This document shows positions 10,201-16,693 of a stretch of 64,000 bases of DNA, piece by piece. The notes beneath the pieces were generated by a model. The model had not been told where the DNA came from. It saw nothing but the letters and a program-made list of their open reading frames with translations, and did not search any database. The stretch is taken from the NCBI GenBank assembly GCA_009777935.1, contig WRKU01000003.1:16554-80553 (forward strand), written 5' to 3'. Position numbers and translations under genes: made by a program. Origin of the DNA: Coriobacteriia bacterium (lineage in GTDB: Bacteria > Actinomycetota > Coriobacteriia > WRKU01). Position 1 is the first letter of the stretch. Each line of letters opens with the position of its first letter.

Positions 10201-13066
10201 TCTTATCTCTGAAACCGATGCATTAGGCAAGACAAAATCTTATGAATATGATGCTCGCGGCCAGCTCTTAAGCATCCTCAATGAGCGCGGCGACAAGAAT
10301 ACCTTTACCTATGATGCTAACGGTAACGTTACCGCCACGCGTGATGCGCGCGGCGTCAAGATTGAATACAGCTATGACAAGCTCGATCGCCTCACCAAGG
10401 TCAAAGAGGATGGTGCTGACACCTCCTATACGTATGATGCGCTCGACAACTTGGCCAGCATTACCGACGGCAATGGCCATACTACTGCGTATACCTATGA
10501 TGAGGCGGGCAATCTCGCCTCTGTCACCAATCCTTTGGGCCAGACTCAGGCCTACGCTTATGACAGCGCACATCGCTTGAGCCGGTGGACGCAGCCAGAT
10601 GGTAGCGCCATTACTTATGACTACGATGCGATAGACCGGCTCACCGCACTTAACGTAGGCGATGAGGGTAGTGCACTCTACGCCTATGACGCAGACGGGC
10701 AGCGCACAACGATGAGTGATGCACACGGTGCCACAGAATATACGTATGATGAAGCCGGGCGCATGGCGACGATGACGACCAGTGAAGGTGAAGTCGTCGC
10801 TTATACTTACGACATCTACAGCAACTTAACTGAGCTTACCTACCCTGATGGCACGAGTGTACAGTACACGTATGACGCACTCGATCGCCTTATATCGGTA
10901 ATCGATCGCGCAGACGGTACCACCACCTACACCTATGATGGCAACGATAATGTGGTGCGCGTCGTGCGTGCTAACGACACCTCTGCTGCGCTCGAATATG
11001 ACGAACTTGACCGTATTGCAACACTCATAAACCACGGCGCTGACGGCAGCATCATCTCGCGCTTTGCCTACACCTATGATATGAGCGGCAATATCTTAAG
11101 TGAGCGCCGCACCCAAAATGATGTCGAGACATGGGCAGACTACGAATATGATGGGCGCGCTCAGCTTACTAAATCGACTGAAATTACCAATCTCGTCGTC
11201 ACTGAAACGACGTATAGCTATGACGGTGCCGGAAATCGTACCCGTCAAGAGATTAGGCGTGCTGGCTCCCTTGTAGACGCGATTGACTTTACCTATGACG
11301 GTGCTGATAAGCTCTTAGAGACGATAAGCACGGCTAATGGCACGACGACCTATGAGTACGATGAGCGCGGCAACCAGATTAGCAAGACGACCGCTGGCAG
11401 TATCGAGGAATATTCCTATGATACCCAAAACCGCCTTGAAGCAATCACGCGCGGCGGCACCCTGCTCTTTGCCGCCCTCTACGACGGGGACTCTAATCGT
11501 GTATTCACTGCCCAGCGCAATAGTGACGTGCACTGGCAAGAGATAACCGATGCGTCCGAAGAAGGCACATCTACTGGCAGTGGCCAAGATACTGAATCCG
11601 GTATCAACCGACCGTCGCTCTGGGCTTTTCTTTATGGATTTATGCACGGACTACTCCCGCGCTTTGTGCCTGACCCGCCTCACGGTGCTCTTACCATTCG
11701 CACCGGCTGGAGAGCCTATGAGATAGCCAACACCACGACCTATGAGCGTGTCGTGGATGCTGAAGATGGTAGAGGTGACACCGTCTTTATCCCTGAAAGT
11801 GTCGCTGATCTCTCTCGCAGGGATTACGAGATGGTGCGCTATCTCAACGACACCAACACTGAATACGCACGCACGCTCGTCGAATATGATCCACGTGGCA
11901 GAGCGCAGAGCATCTTTGAATATAGTCAAGGCCTTGAGCTGCTTGCTCATAGTAGTGCAGGGCGCGAGACCTATGCCTTTGATGGTAGAGGCTCGGTAGC
12001 TCACACGACCGATACACAAGGCAGATTACGGGCGTCTTATGAATACGACGTATTCGGGGCCGCTACCGTTACGGGGCTGAGCACCAACCCGTATACCTAC
12101 AACGCCGAGCGCACTGACCGCACCACCGGCATGCAATATCTGCGTGCGCGCTACTATGCGCCCGATGCAGGTCGCTTCATCACCGAAGACACCTATCGCG
12201 GGAAAGTCGGCGACCCCCTTACCCACAACCAGTATGCATATGTGGGCAACAATCCACTGCTCTACAACGACCCCAGCGGGCATATTTTCGGTGCAGTTGT
12301 CAATGCGGTCAAAAAGGTTGCAACGGCCGTCGTTACTACCGTCAAGAAGGTCGTGACCACGGTAGTTAATACGGTCGTTCGTGTAGTCAACGCTGTCGTC
12401 AATACCGTGAAAAATATCTATAATGCGGTGGTTGGCGGAGTGCAAGCAACATGGAATGGCGCCAAGCAGGCGGGCGCTACGATAGTAAACGGTGTGGTGC
12501 AAGGCGGTCAGTGGTTTGCCGACAAGGCAACCGCTGCCAGATATTGGGCAGTACAGCAACTCGAAGTCGCTCGCCGTGCCTTCTGCGACGGCCTTGAATA
12601 TGCTACAAAGCAGGCGAAAAATTTCGTGTCCAATGTTGACTGGGCGCGCGTCGGAGAAGGCGCTCTTAAGATTGGTTTGGCTGCCGTCACTGTTGTTGGT
12701 GCGGTTGGTGTAGTTGCCGCTTGTATTGCGACGGGTGGTGTGGCTCTTCCGCTTCTTGCGGCGGGAGCTGCGGGCACTGCCATTGCCTTTTCAGCGGGAG
12801 ATGCTATAGCTGGTGTGCAGGATGTTGGCTATGGCTTGCAAGGGAATACCGCTACGCCTGCGCTTGATCCAATCAAAGACGGACTATTTGCGGACAACCA
12901 AGACTTGTATGTTGGCGTAAAAGGTGCTGCCTCAGTCGGACTTTTTGTAACGGGCGTTGGTGCCGTAGCTGCTGCGCCAGCAGCAGGTGAGGCCATTGTT
13001 GGCCAAGCTCTTAAACCATTAACCAATGTCACAGTCGATCTTATAGATTCAGCATTTAGCAAGTAG
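4229..13066 (+). CDS. giant secreted Rhs/YD-repeat polymorphic toxin (WapA-like): signal peptide + unknown N-terminal region + LysM + YD-repeat shell + variable C-terminal tip
   Basis: The track ORF runs 4193-13066. I prefer ATG 4229 because GAGGAGGG lies 5-12 nt upstream. The N-terminus MHKYQRKVALFLVAVFVWSLIPAPAIA|AA looks like a Sec signal. There are dozens of YD repeats (..YxYDxxGNL/RxT..). The RHS core ends ...GMQYLRARYYAPDAGRFITEDTY...NNPLLYNDPSGH, followed by a 260-aa tip. Confidence 0.9.
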   Translation: MHKYQRKVALFLVAVFVWSLIPAPAIAAARDTVVNAQKARFNYPEIVTIDTGERTPRDPQLRAPKPDVDNEESEREFGPPVEVHEFEKVYQTGPRSYRSVFSQTPNTYKDRNGSEHEIDNTLIEKDPFLASPYLTNAANSYDVRIPLEITERRPITYTKDGFTIELAPLSGDYSTPVALDNAVLYNNVYEHMDVEYLVRETGVKESIIYNAHTDITSFSYALKAPSNLSVMQAGNTIEMFVPGDVSGEDEPLFVITAPYLFDANGAVSTDATMTLSGEGISYRVDVEIDEQWLSDPVRVFPVVLDPTVQTYVPTYVSLNEMAGRAWLQEHGYVGYVTEGVSGVVGGYLGRSRLILGPTDAHSSIPSVARIDKATLRMYQYKSMFNGAQFGAYRIRDPYDIDSITWAQATGLNREIAGSDAIRTSMIGWQNFDITEAVKYWNEGLAPNYGIMITPLDEWQEGGVFITPGSWPGVAGQGNMTTDMLPCILVDWIVPDPVSLEYPLNNTTIHLYPHIESHISGRLRFHGVLPAGVARPESIVRFALSDTSKGYTGNVQTSYSLKFPDSQGYEGNFPVQTTKYRDKLGNWQAPVPFTNFTFNDRYRISARATIDGVNFGTTRQSEEFVVYRVQQYDTLQKIANWYGIPINQIAFDNRVQDMLLVENNTLFIRNPQRNANNPYNPPPLDDEAKRRIDSMLMGRGLHCEFGFEPINLNTGNFFMEASDIVLDTGDDFFALNRTYNSKRSRYNSVFGRGWEFEYSQSLSRRENGNITYVRGDGSVVEFERTSDLSYRAPEGYHLTLTPIEVGTKNYTNVTRYTVVGDPWYNNYAPTIQTIPYPVYEYEIVDGADTAYRFSSAGMLKSVTNVRGEATTLEHDANGNITAIISPTGLVYSVQTTADGKIEVVTLPSGGTLRYVYNTLGDLVSYLDALGNTTHYRYDTDHRMISWSNGNGEMQIENVYDDEGRIIEQIDGNGGVSYLYYTIGSTVTIDAEGNKVTYHYDDQYRTLKVEYEDGTQETNTYENNLRASSTDRGGFTTHYEYDSNGNVTREVRFDGAARTYTYNEFSQLTQLIDFDGYTTEYIYDGAQNLIELIVAGTRQMSYTYDDKHRVLTQTDANGNVTAFTYEGLGKKPKTRTDAAGNTTTFFYDSMQQLTAVEDPLGNVSRIFYDQMGLKTGVQNATGATERYEFDAGSNLVGIVDANDDASTYSFDALGNMTRAADAYGDASTYTYDAVGNRIAATDADAHTTHFAYDAHGNITGITLPNGAVQTFSYDARDKVLETTDALGATTRYIYDERTGLTESITNELGATTTFEYSEVGLLLAEIDSTDARTSYEYDEKRQLIRMVEPDGRETIYHYDDVGNLTLEYDNTARVTSYTYNELNQLISVTDPLGNTTTYFYDVAGNLAESIDALGQVTRFAYDGAAQITALIDDLGHTVQLEYDALGNLAKTVDQLGHESSFTYDANNKMVTSTNEYGVTSTYRYSANEQLAEFVDPFGNSAYYTYNELGLTERIIDAHENEYHFEYDAAGNPTRQTSPNGATETREYDVLGRLFKGVSAAGLVTTHAYDSENRPIHSINSLGEEMTYEYDVIGNLITITDSYGRVMRYTYDRARNVVSVTEFDGNTIRYEYDLGDNLIKATDPLGVVTTYEYDAVGNLTSQVDDARRRWQYTYDTLGQLSDIKNPVGDIESFIYDAAGNITEHIDGKGNVRTIEYDVASQPIAEVDRRGNAATYTYDEIGRLIGQVAPDGGAQEYLYDALDNLVRVKDELNNVTMFEYDSVGNVTKTTQPTGAATLFDYDMSGNVVSKTDALDNVTTFSYDRAGRLTERIMPNEARYRYTYDLLGRLTQATSPGGLSKGYTYSARGDVIKQTDQAGRSVTYTYDTMHNVTSVTDALGHTSTYTYDKHSNLTSTLTPTGSQTRYSYDALDRLIGEVSPSGLSTRTLYDRAGNIERVTQTGGRTTNFAYDAESNITGITNALGHKRSFEYDVVGRLISETDALGKTKSYEYDARGQLLSILNERGDKNTFTYDANGNVTATRDARGVKIEYSYDKLDRLTKVKEDGADTSYTYDALDNLASITDGNGHTTAYTYDEAGNLASVTNPLGQTQAYAYDSAHRLSRWTQPDGSAITYDYDAIDRLTALNVGDEGSALYAYDADGQRTTMSDAHGATEYTYDEAGRMATMTTSEGEVVAYTYDIYSNLTELTYPDGTSVQYTYDALDRLISVIDRADGTTTYTYDGNDNVVRVVRANDTSAALEYDELDRIATLINHGADGSIISRFAYTYDMSGNILSERRTQNDVETWADYEYDGRAQLTKSTEITNLVVTETTYSYDGAGNRTRQEIRRAGSLVDAIDFTYDGADKLLETISTANGTTTYEYDERGNQISKTTAGSIEEYSYDTQNRLEAITRGGTLLFAALYDGDSNRVFTAQRNSDVHWQEITDASEEGTSTGSGQDTESGINRPSLWAFLYGFMHGLLPRFVPDPPHGALTIRTGWRAYEIANTTTYERVVDAEDGRGDTVFIPESVADLSRRDYEMVRYLNDTNTEYARTLVEYDPRGRAQSIFEYSQGLELLAHSSAGRETYAFDGRGSVAHTTDTQGRLRASYEYDVFGAATVTGLSTNPYTYNAERTDRTTGMQYLRARYYAPDAGRFITEDTYRGKVGDPLTHNQYAYVGNNPLLYNDPSGHIFGAVVNAVKKVATAVVTTVKKVVTTVVNTVVRVVNAVVNTVKNIYNAVVGGVQATWNGAKQAGATIVNGVVQGGQWFADKATAARYWAVQQLEVARRAFCDGLEYATKQAKNFVSNVDWARVGEGALKIGLAAVTVVGAVGVVAACIATGGVALPLLAAGAAGTAIAFSAGDAIAGVQDVGYGLQGNTATPALDPIKDGLFADNQDLYVGVKGAASVGLFVTGVGAVAAAPAAGEAIVGQALKPLTNVTVDLIDSAFSK
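6104..6235 (+). other. LysM peptidoglycan-binding domain within the Rhs protein
   Basis: YRVQQYDTLQKIANWYGIPINQIAFDNRVQDMLLVENNTLFI matches the LysM pattern (Y.V..GDTL..IA..Y.v....l...N.l....l..Gq.L.I). Confidence 0.7.
12038..12283 (+). other. RHS repeat-associated core end (autoproteolytic DPxG[LH] boundary)
   Basis: YEYDVFGAATVTGLSTNPYTYNAERTDRTTGMQYLRARYYAPDAGRFITEDTYRGKVGDPLTHNQYAYVGNNPLLYNDPSGH. DPSGH is encoded at 12269-12283. In Rhs/WapA proteins this motif demarcates core from toxin. Confidence 0.85.
12284..13063 (+). other. Rhs C-terminal variable (toxin) domain, no recognisable enzymatic motif; Val/Thr/Asn-rich helical repeats followed by Gly/Ala-rich hydrophobic segments
   Basis: The domain opens with IFGAVVNAVKKVATAVVTTVKKVVTTVVNTVVRVVNAVVNTVKNIYNAVVGGV... 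It continues with GALKIGLAAVTVVGAVGVVAACIATGGVALPLLAAGAAGTAIAFSAG and GAASVGLFVTGVGAVAAAPAAGEAIVG. I saw no nuclease, deaminase or ADP-ribosyltransferase-type catalytic signature. Confidence 0.6.
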
Positions 13067-13085
13067 TTGAATAGGCGAAGAGAAG

Positions 13086-13451
13086 ATGTTTATCCCTATG
13101 CCAGCATCAGTACAAAAAAGGATTCAGTTACCTGAGGCGAGTTGCTTGTGCGATTCCTGCAAGAGGGATGCCTGTCATGTTATCTTGGATTATAAAAGCA
13201 AGGGATTGTGGTTAGGAGCACCCATTTGGGGACACATTACTTCTCGAAAATACTATCTAGTTTGTGATGCGTGTGAACAGGAACGACTGTTGTTACCTCA
13301 AGAAAAATACCTTGTTTACGAAAAGCAGCTGGTTCCATGGCTTGAGCGAGATGGCTTGAGAGCTCTTGCAATTATCTTTTTGCTCACACTTTTATTTATG
13401 GCAGGCATATTCGTAGTTGCTTTCATAGATTTCATGCTTTCTGCGGGATGA
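13086..13451 (+). CDS. putative cognate immunity protein: zinc-ribbon-like (CxxC...CxxC) domain with C-terminal TM helix
   Basis: Starts 20 nt after the rhs stop. 121 aa with CDSCKRDAC...CDAC cysteine pairs and the C-terminal TM segment ALAIIFLLTLLFMAGIFVVAFIDFML. A clear paralogue lies at 15659-16009. Confidence 0.65.
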   Translation: MFIPMPASVQKRIQLPEASCLCDSCKRDACHVILDYKSKGLWLGAPIWGHITSRKYYLVCDACEQERLLLPQEKYLVYEKQLVPWLERDGLRALAIIFLLTLLFMAGIFVVAFIDFMLSAG

Positions 13452-13472
13452 AAGATGTAGACTGCTTATGTG
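13401..13472. repeat. 72-bp cassette-junction repeat, copy 1 (3' end of immunity gene plus downstream)
   Basis: GCAGGCATATTCGTAGTTGCTTTCATAGATTTCATGCTTTCTGCGGGATGAAAGATGTAGACTGCTTATGTG. It has 5 mismatches in 72 (hand alignment) to 15959-16030 and a more diverged copy at 19559-19630. Confidence 0.85.
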
Positions 13473-14037
13473 GGCTTGCTTGTATTTTGCACTTTCAAGA
13501 ATTCCGGCATTAGGCAATAGGCTGCGGGTAGTTATTCTTATAACCATATTCACACTGCTTGTCGTTGTCCTAAGTGCAGCACCACCCGAAAATCTATTTG
13601 TGAGCTTCAAGACACCAGAAAATGCATTTCGCTATGCTTATAATGGAAGTATTGAGGGAGTGCTTTCCGGCAGAGACTCAAGTATGGTGATTTTCGAAAC
13701 CAATCAAGGAGTTTCAAGTTGTGTTTTTCCGAGAACCAGAAATGGATACAAGCTATCAAGCATTTTTTCAGTCAATAAGAGAACACAGAGGAATTTAAAT
13801 GGTGCACCCCAGCTTCTCCAGGTGCATCATGTGAGAAAAACGAATGATTACTATATTGTTGTAGCTTTTTATCTGGCAAGGACTGAAGTTGAGGTATTTG
13901 ACGAAAGTGACAATAGGTTAGATTTTGATATCATCAGAAGTACAAGTAGTGGGCAAATCATCTACATCTATGTTGAGGGATTAACCGATGGTGCTTATAT
14001 GCTAGTCGAGGATAAAAGGATACCTCTTTTTTGGTAA
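13468..14037 (+). CDS. hypothetical membrane-anchored protein
   Basis: 189-aa ORF in the low-GC island. N-terminal TM segment (VVILITIFTLLVVVLSAA) followed by a soluble domain. No family recognised. Confidence 0.5.
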   Translation: MWACLYFALSRIPALGNRLRVVILITIFTLLVVVLSAAPPENLFVSFKTPENAFRYAYNGSIEGVLSGRDSSMVIFETNQGVSSCVFPRTRNGYKLSSIFSVNKRTQRNLNGAPQLLQVHHVRKTNDYYIVVAFYLARTEVEVFDESDNRLDFDIIRSTSSGQIIYIYVEGLTDGAYMLVEDKRIPLFW

Positions 14038-14119
14038 ATCTGGTCATCTGCGTTGAAAAAAACATGAGAGGTCTCCGCTTCTTGGCTATATGGAAAATGC
14101 TCGACAAAGGGGAGTTTAG

Positions 14120-14625
14120 GTGTTTATGTCCACACACAGATTGTTCATCATCATACTGACCGTCTTATTCGCGCTTTTGTCAATAACTACCTACTATCTT
14201 TGGTATGCGCCTATCAACACCAACCGCATCCGCCACAACGATGCATTTGACAAAGAGACGAACACCGCCATCATAAATCTAATAAATCAGGCTATGGGAG
14301 TACAGTTCAATAGGTACGGCAGAGCAATGGCAGATGATATATTCACGGAAAAATTTCAACAATCCCTTGATGAGAACAGGCCTCAGCTCTACAATAGAGG
14401 ATTTTTTATTGGATTGATAGAGACTATATGCAGGGATTAGTACGTGTTGACAGTGGATATTCCAAAAGTCATTTGCAAGAAATTAGCAATATCGATGACG
14501 ATGATATGTTTTATGTAAGAGTTAATGTGACACGTCCTTGGTGGGATAGTGAGCAGTACGATTTCTTTATTACTCGCAGCAAGACCAATATTTTTCAAGT
14601 ATCGCTTATCGAGGTTGGTAGATAG
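14120..14625 (+). pseudogene. hypothetical membrane-anchored protein, probably split by a frameshift near 14428-14440
   Basis: ORFs 14120-14440 (106 aa, N-terminal TM segment LFIIILTVLFALLSITTYYLW) and 14428-14625 (65 aa) overlap by 13 nt in different frames. Together they would give a ~165-aa protein organised like ORF 21484-21927. Confidence 0.4.
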
Positions 14626-14937
14626 GCCAGAGTATTGAAGGCTCAAGAAACTGGAAAGCAGCAAGAATTCAAGTAGATGAGGTGATAGTTGCACTTGTTT
14701 TTCACAAAATACGGTTTTCTCATTGCAGTTCACTCATCCATTCTTTTCACATATGCTGAAAATTGGAGCGTGGCCCTTTTTTGGCCTATGCTTTCTAGCA
14801 TCACTCTATCCTCTGTTCAGCTACGTTGGTTTGTTGCGATGAATGTTGCCAGTGACCTTGCTGATTTCACTAAGCGGCAGCATCACATGGCTGAATCTCC
14901 ACTAATGTATCCTGGCAGTTGGTAGAAAGGATGAGCA

Positions 14938-15339
14938 ATGACAGTTACAAGGTTTATTCTTATGGTATCTTGCATTATGCTACTAGCTGGATTGAGCATG
15001 AGTAATACAGCATGTAGGAATATCGATGAAAGCGTGTTGGAGAAGAACGAAAGAATCCTAAAAAGGACTTTCCTTTGGCACTCAAAAGAGGATACGGATA
15101 TGCTAGCCGAGGTATTTACCAAATTGGAGGTTGACATTGAGAGTGCGAAAATTGAGGAGAAAGTAAGGCGCAATGGAAATCTTTATGGATATATTGTTCG
15201 AATAACTGATACCACAAATAATGTATATTATTTGAAGATAGGCAAGGATTTGTTTTGGAAGTTTAGCATTTGGGAAAACTCTTTGGATGGGAAGATGATT
15301 TATATGAACGGCGCCGATATGGTTTTCCCGGAAGACTAA
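14938..15339 (+). CDS. putative secreted protein or lipoprotein
   Basis: 133 aa. The N-terminus MTVTRFILMVSCIMLLAGLSMSNTAC has a signal-like hydrophobic core followed by Cys, but the lipobox is imperfect. RBS AAAGGA precedes the ATG. Confidence 0.5.
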   Translation: MTVTRFILMVSCIMLLAGLSMSNTACRNIDESVLEKNERILKRTFLWHSKEDTDMLAEVFTKLEVDIESAKIEEKVRRNGNLYGYIVRITDTTNNVYYLKIGKDLFWKFSIWENSLDGKMIYMNGADMVFPED

Positions 15340-15393
15340 AGATATGCAACCTGAGATATTAATCCGAAAAAACGATGGTAAAGTACTGGCAGT

Positions 15394-15657
15394 TTGGCAT
15401 GGAAAGTAGGCCAACTGATGATTGAAACACAAAATTATATTTTCTATACCAACATTAATAAGAATTTTGGCCACAGCGGTGCCGCTGCAGTTGGAACCTT
15501 CGCAACAGGAATTGGCGCTGTTGTCGCTGCGCCTGGAGCAGTTTCATCAACTATCGGTAGCCTTGATCCGCAAGCATCAAATACTCTTGTTAACATAACT
15601 CTTATTACCATTGGACTTGGGGGAGATCCTATCGTTGATAAGATCTCAGATCGATAA
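15394..15657 (+). pseudogene. orphan remnant of an Rhs C-terminal toxin tip (homologous only to the last ~45 aa of the main tip)
   Basis: GAAAVGTFATGIGAVVAAPGAVSSTIGSLDPQASNTLVNITLI parallels GAASVGLFVTGVGAVAAAPAAGEAIVGQALKPLTNVTVDLI at the end of the rhs product. There is no Rhs core upstream. It is followed after 1 nt by an immunity paralogue. Confidence 0.55.
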
Positions 15658-15658
15658 C

Positions 15659-16009
15659 ATGGGTACTTGGAAAAAAAGAGTTCAATTGCCTGAAGACGAG
15701 TTAATCTGTGATTCTTGTGACGAGAGTATCTGTAGCGTTGTGCTAGACTATACGCTCAAAGGGATTTGGCAGGGACCAATTCTTTTTGGGCGTATCGTTT
15801 CTCGTGAGTATTATCTAGTTTGTAACACGTGCAAACAAGAGTGGCCACTGCCACCAAAAGAAAGATATCTTGCCTATGAAAAACAGTTAATTCCGTGGAC
15901 TGAAAGACAAGGTTCGCAGCTTATTGCAATTTATTTCCTGTCTGCATTAGGATTTATAGCAGGCATGTTCGTAGTTGCTTTCATAGACTTCATGCTTTCT
16001 GCGGGATGA
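15659..16009 (+). CDS. paralogous zinc-ribbon/TM immunity protein (orphan cassette)
   Basis: MGTWKKRVQLPEDELICDSCDESICSVVLDYTLKGIWQGPILFGRIVSREYYLVCNTCKQEW...GMFVVAFIDFMLSAG is collinear with the 13086-13451 product, with the same Cys pairs and the same C-terminal TM segment. I chose ATG 15659 rather than the track start 15611. Confidence 0.7.
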   Translation: MGTWKKRVQLPEDELICDSCDESICSVVLDYTLKGIWQGPILFGRIVSREYYLVCNTCKQEWPLPPKERYLAYEKQLIPWTERQGSQLIAIYFLSALGFIAGMFVVAFIDFMLSAG

Positions 16010-16030
16010 AAGATGTGGACTTCTTACGTG
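15959..16030. repeat. 72-bp cassette-junction repeat, copy 2
   Basis: See 13401-13472. Both copies cover the last ~50 nt of the immunity gene plus ~20 nt downstream. Confidence 0.85.
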
Positions 16031-16129
16031 CTAAGTTGGGATAAACGGATCGATTAAAAACGGTGATGCTGCGAACTATTATGTTGTTGGACCAAATCTG
16101 AATTTGCAAAGTTTAGAGCAGAATAGATA

Positions 16130-16166
16130 TTGTCAAAAGGTCGCCATAAGTGGTAACATTTTGACA
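16130..16166 (+). promoter_or_regulatory. putative leaderless promoter and inverted-repeat operator of the abiE-like operon
   Basis: TTGTCA (16130-16135), an 18-nt spacer, TAACAT (16154-16159), then 6 nt to the A of ATG 16166, with no SD. The 8-bp inverted repeat TGTCAAAA (16131-16138) / TTTTGACA (16159-16166) brackets the promoter. Confidence 0.45.
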
Positions 16167-16693
16167 TGACCCAATACGATGACATATACGAAATCGGTGC
16201 TGACAATTACGGACTCGTCACTATTGCAGAAGTGAAAAAACTTGGTATCTCACGCAAAGTGATGAATGCGCTAACAGCGCGTGGGCGTCTATTGAGACGC
16301 GGATACGGCGTTTACAAGCTAGCTCACTATATCCCGACACCCTACGATGTCTATGCGGAGGCTGTTGCGCTTGTTGGGTCGAATGCCTACCTCTACGGTG
16401 AATCTGTTATCTCGATGCTTGAACTAGCTCCCACAAACCCTGCTCGAATATTTGTGGCAACACCTGCGCGCGTGAGGAAGACATTGCCGGAGCATATCAT
16501 TGTAATCAAGGCGGATTATCAACCAACTAACTACGATGGAGTTCCCTCTCAAAGCGTGACCGATGCGATTCGTGCCAGTATGAAATCAGTGATGCCTGAT
16601 AGGCTAATAGATACAGTTGAAGAAGCCCGGCGCCAGGGATACATAAAAGAGACTGAAAGAATCGAACTTCTTGATGAATTGGATGCGTCATGA
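16166..16693 (+). CDS. AbiEi-family (type IV toxin-antitoxin) antitoxin-like transcriptional regulator
   Basis: 175 aa. The N-terminus ...YGLVTIAEVKKLGISRKVMNALTARGRLLRRGYGVYKL is the AbiEi_4-type winged HTH pattern. It overlaps the next ORF at ATGA. Confidence 0.65.
   Translation: MTQYDDIYEIGADNYGLVTIAEVKKLGISRKVMNALTARGRLLRRGYGVYKLAHYIPTPYDVYAEAVALVGSNAYLYGESVISMLELAPTNPARIFVATPARVRKTLPEHIIVIKADYQPTNYDGVPSQSVTDAIRASMKSVMPDRLIDTVEEARRQGYIKETERIELLDELDAS

Noticed and set aside
6300-12040. Periodic sequence in the rhs gene checked for CRISPR-like, DGR template/variable-repeat or other DNA-level repeat structure.
   Set aside because: The periodicity is at the protein level (degenerate YD repeats). 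I found no long near-identical DNA repeats inside the gene, no spacers, and no reverse transcriptase nearby.
14689-14925. 78-aa plus-strand ORF in the 14626-14937 gap, and the antisense ORFs 14437-14733 and 14883-15173.
   Set aside because: There is no RBS, no paralogue in the island and an odd composition. The antisense ORFs overlap better-supported plus-strand genes. The gap may hold a decayed gene, but I cannot support a call.
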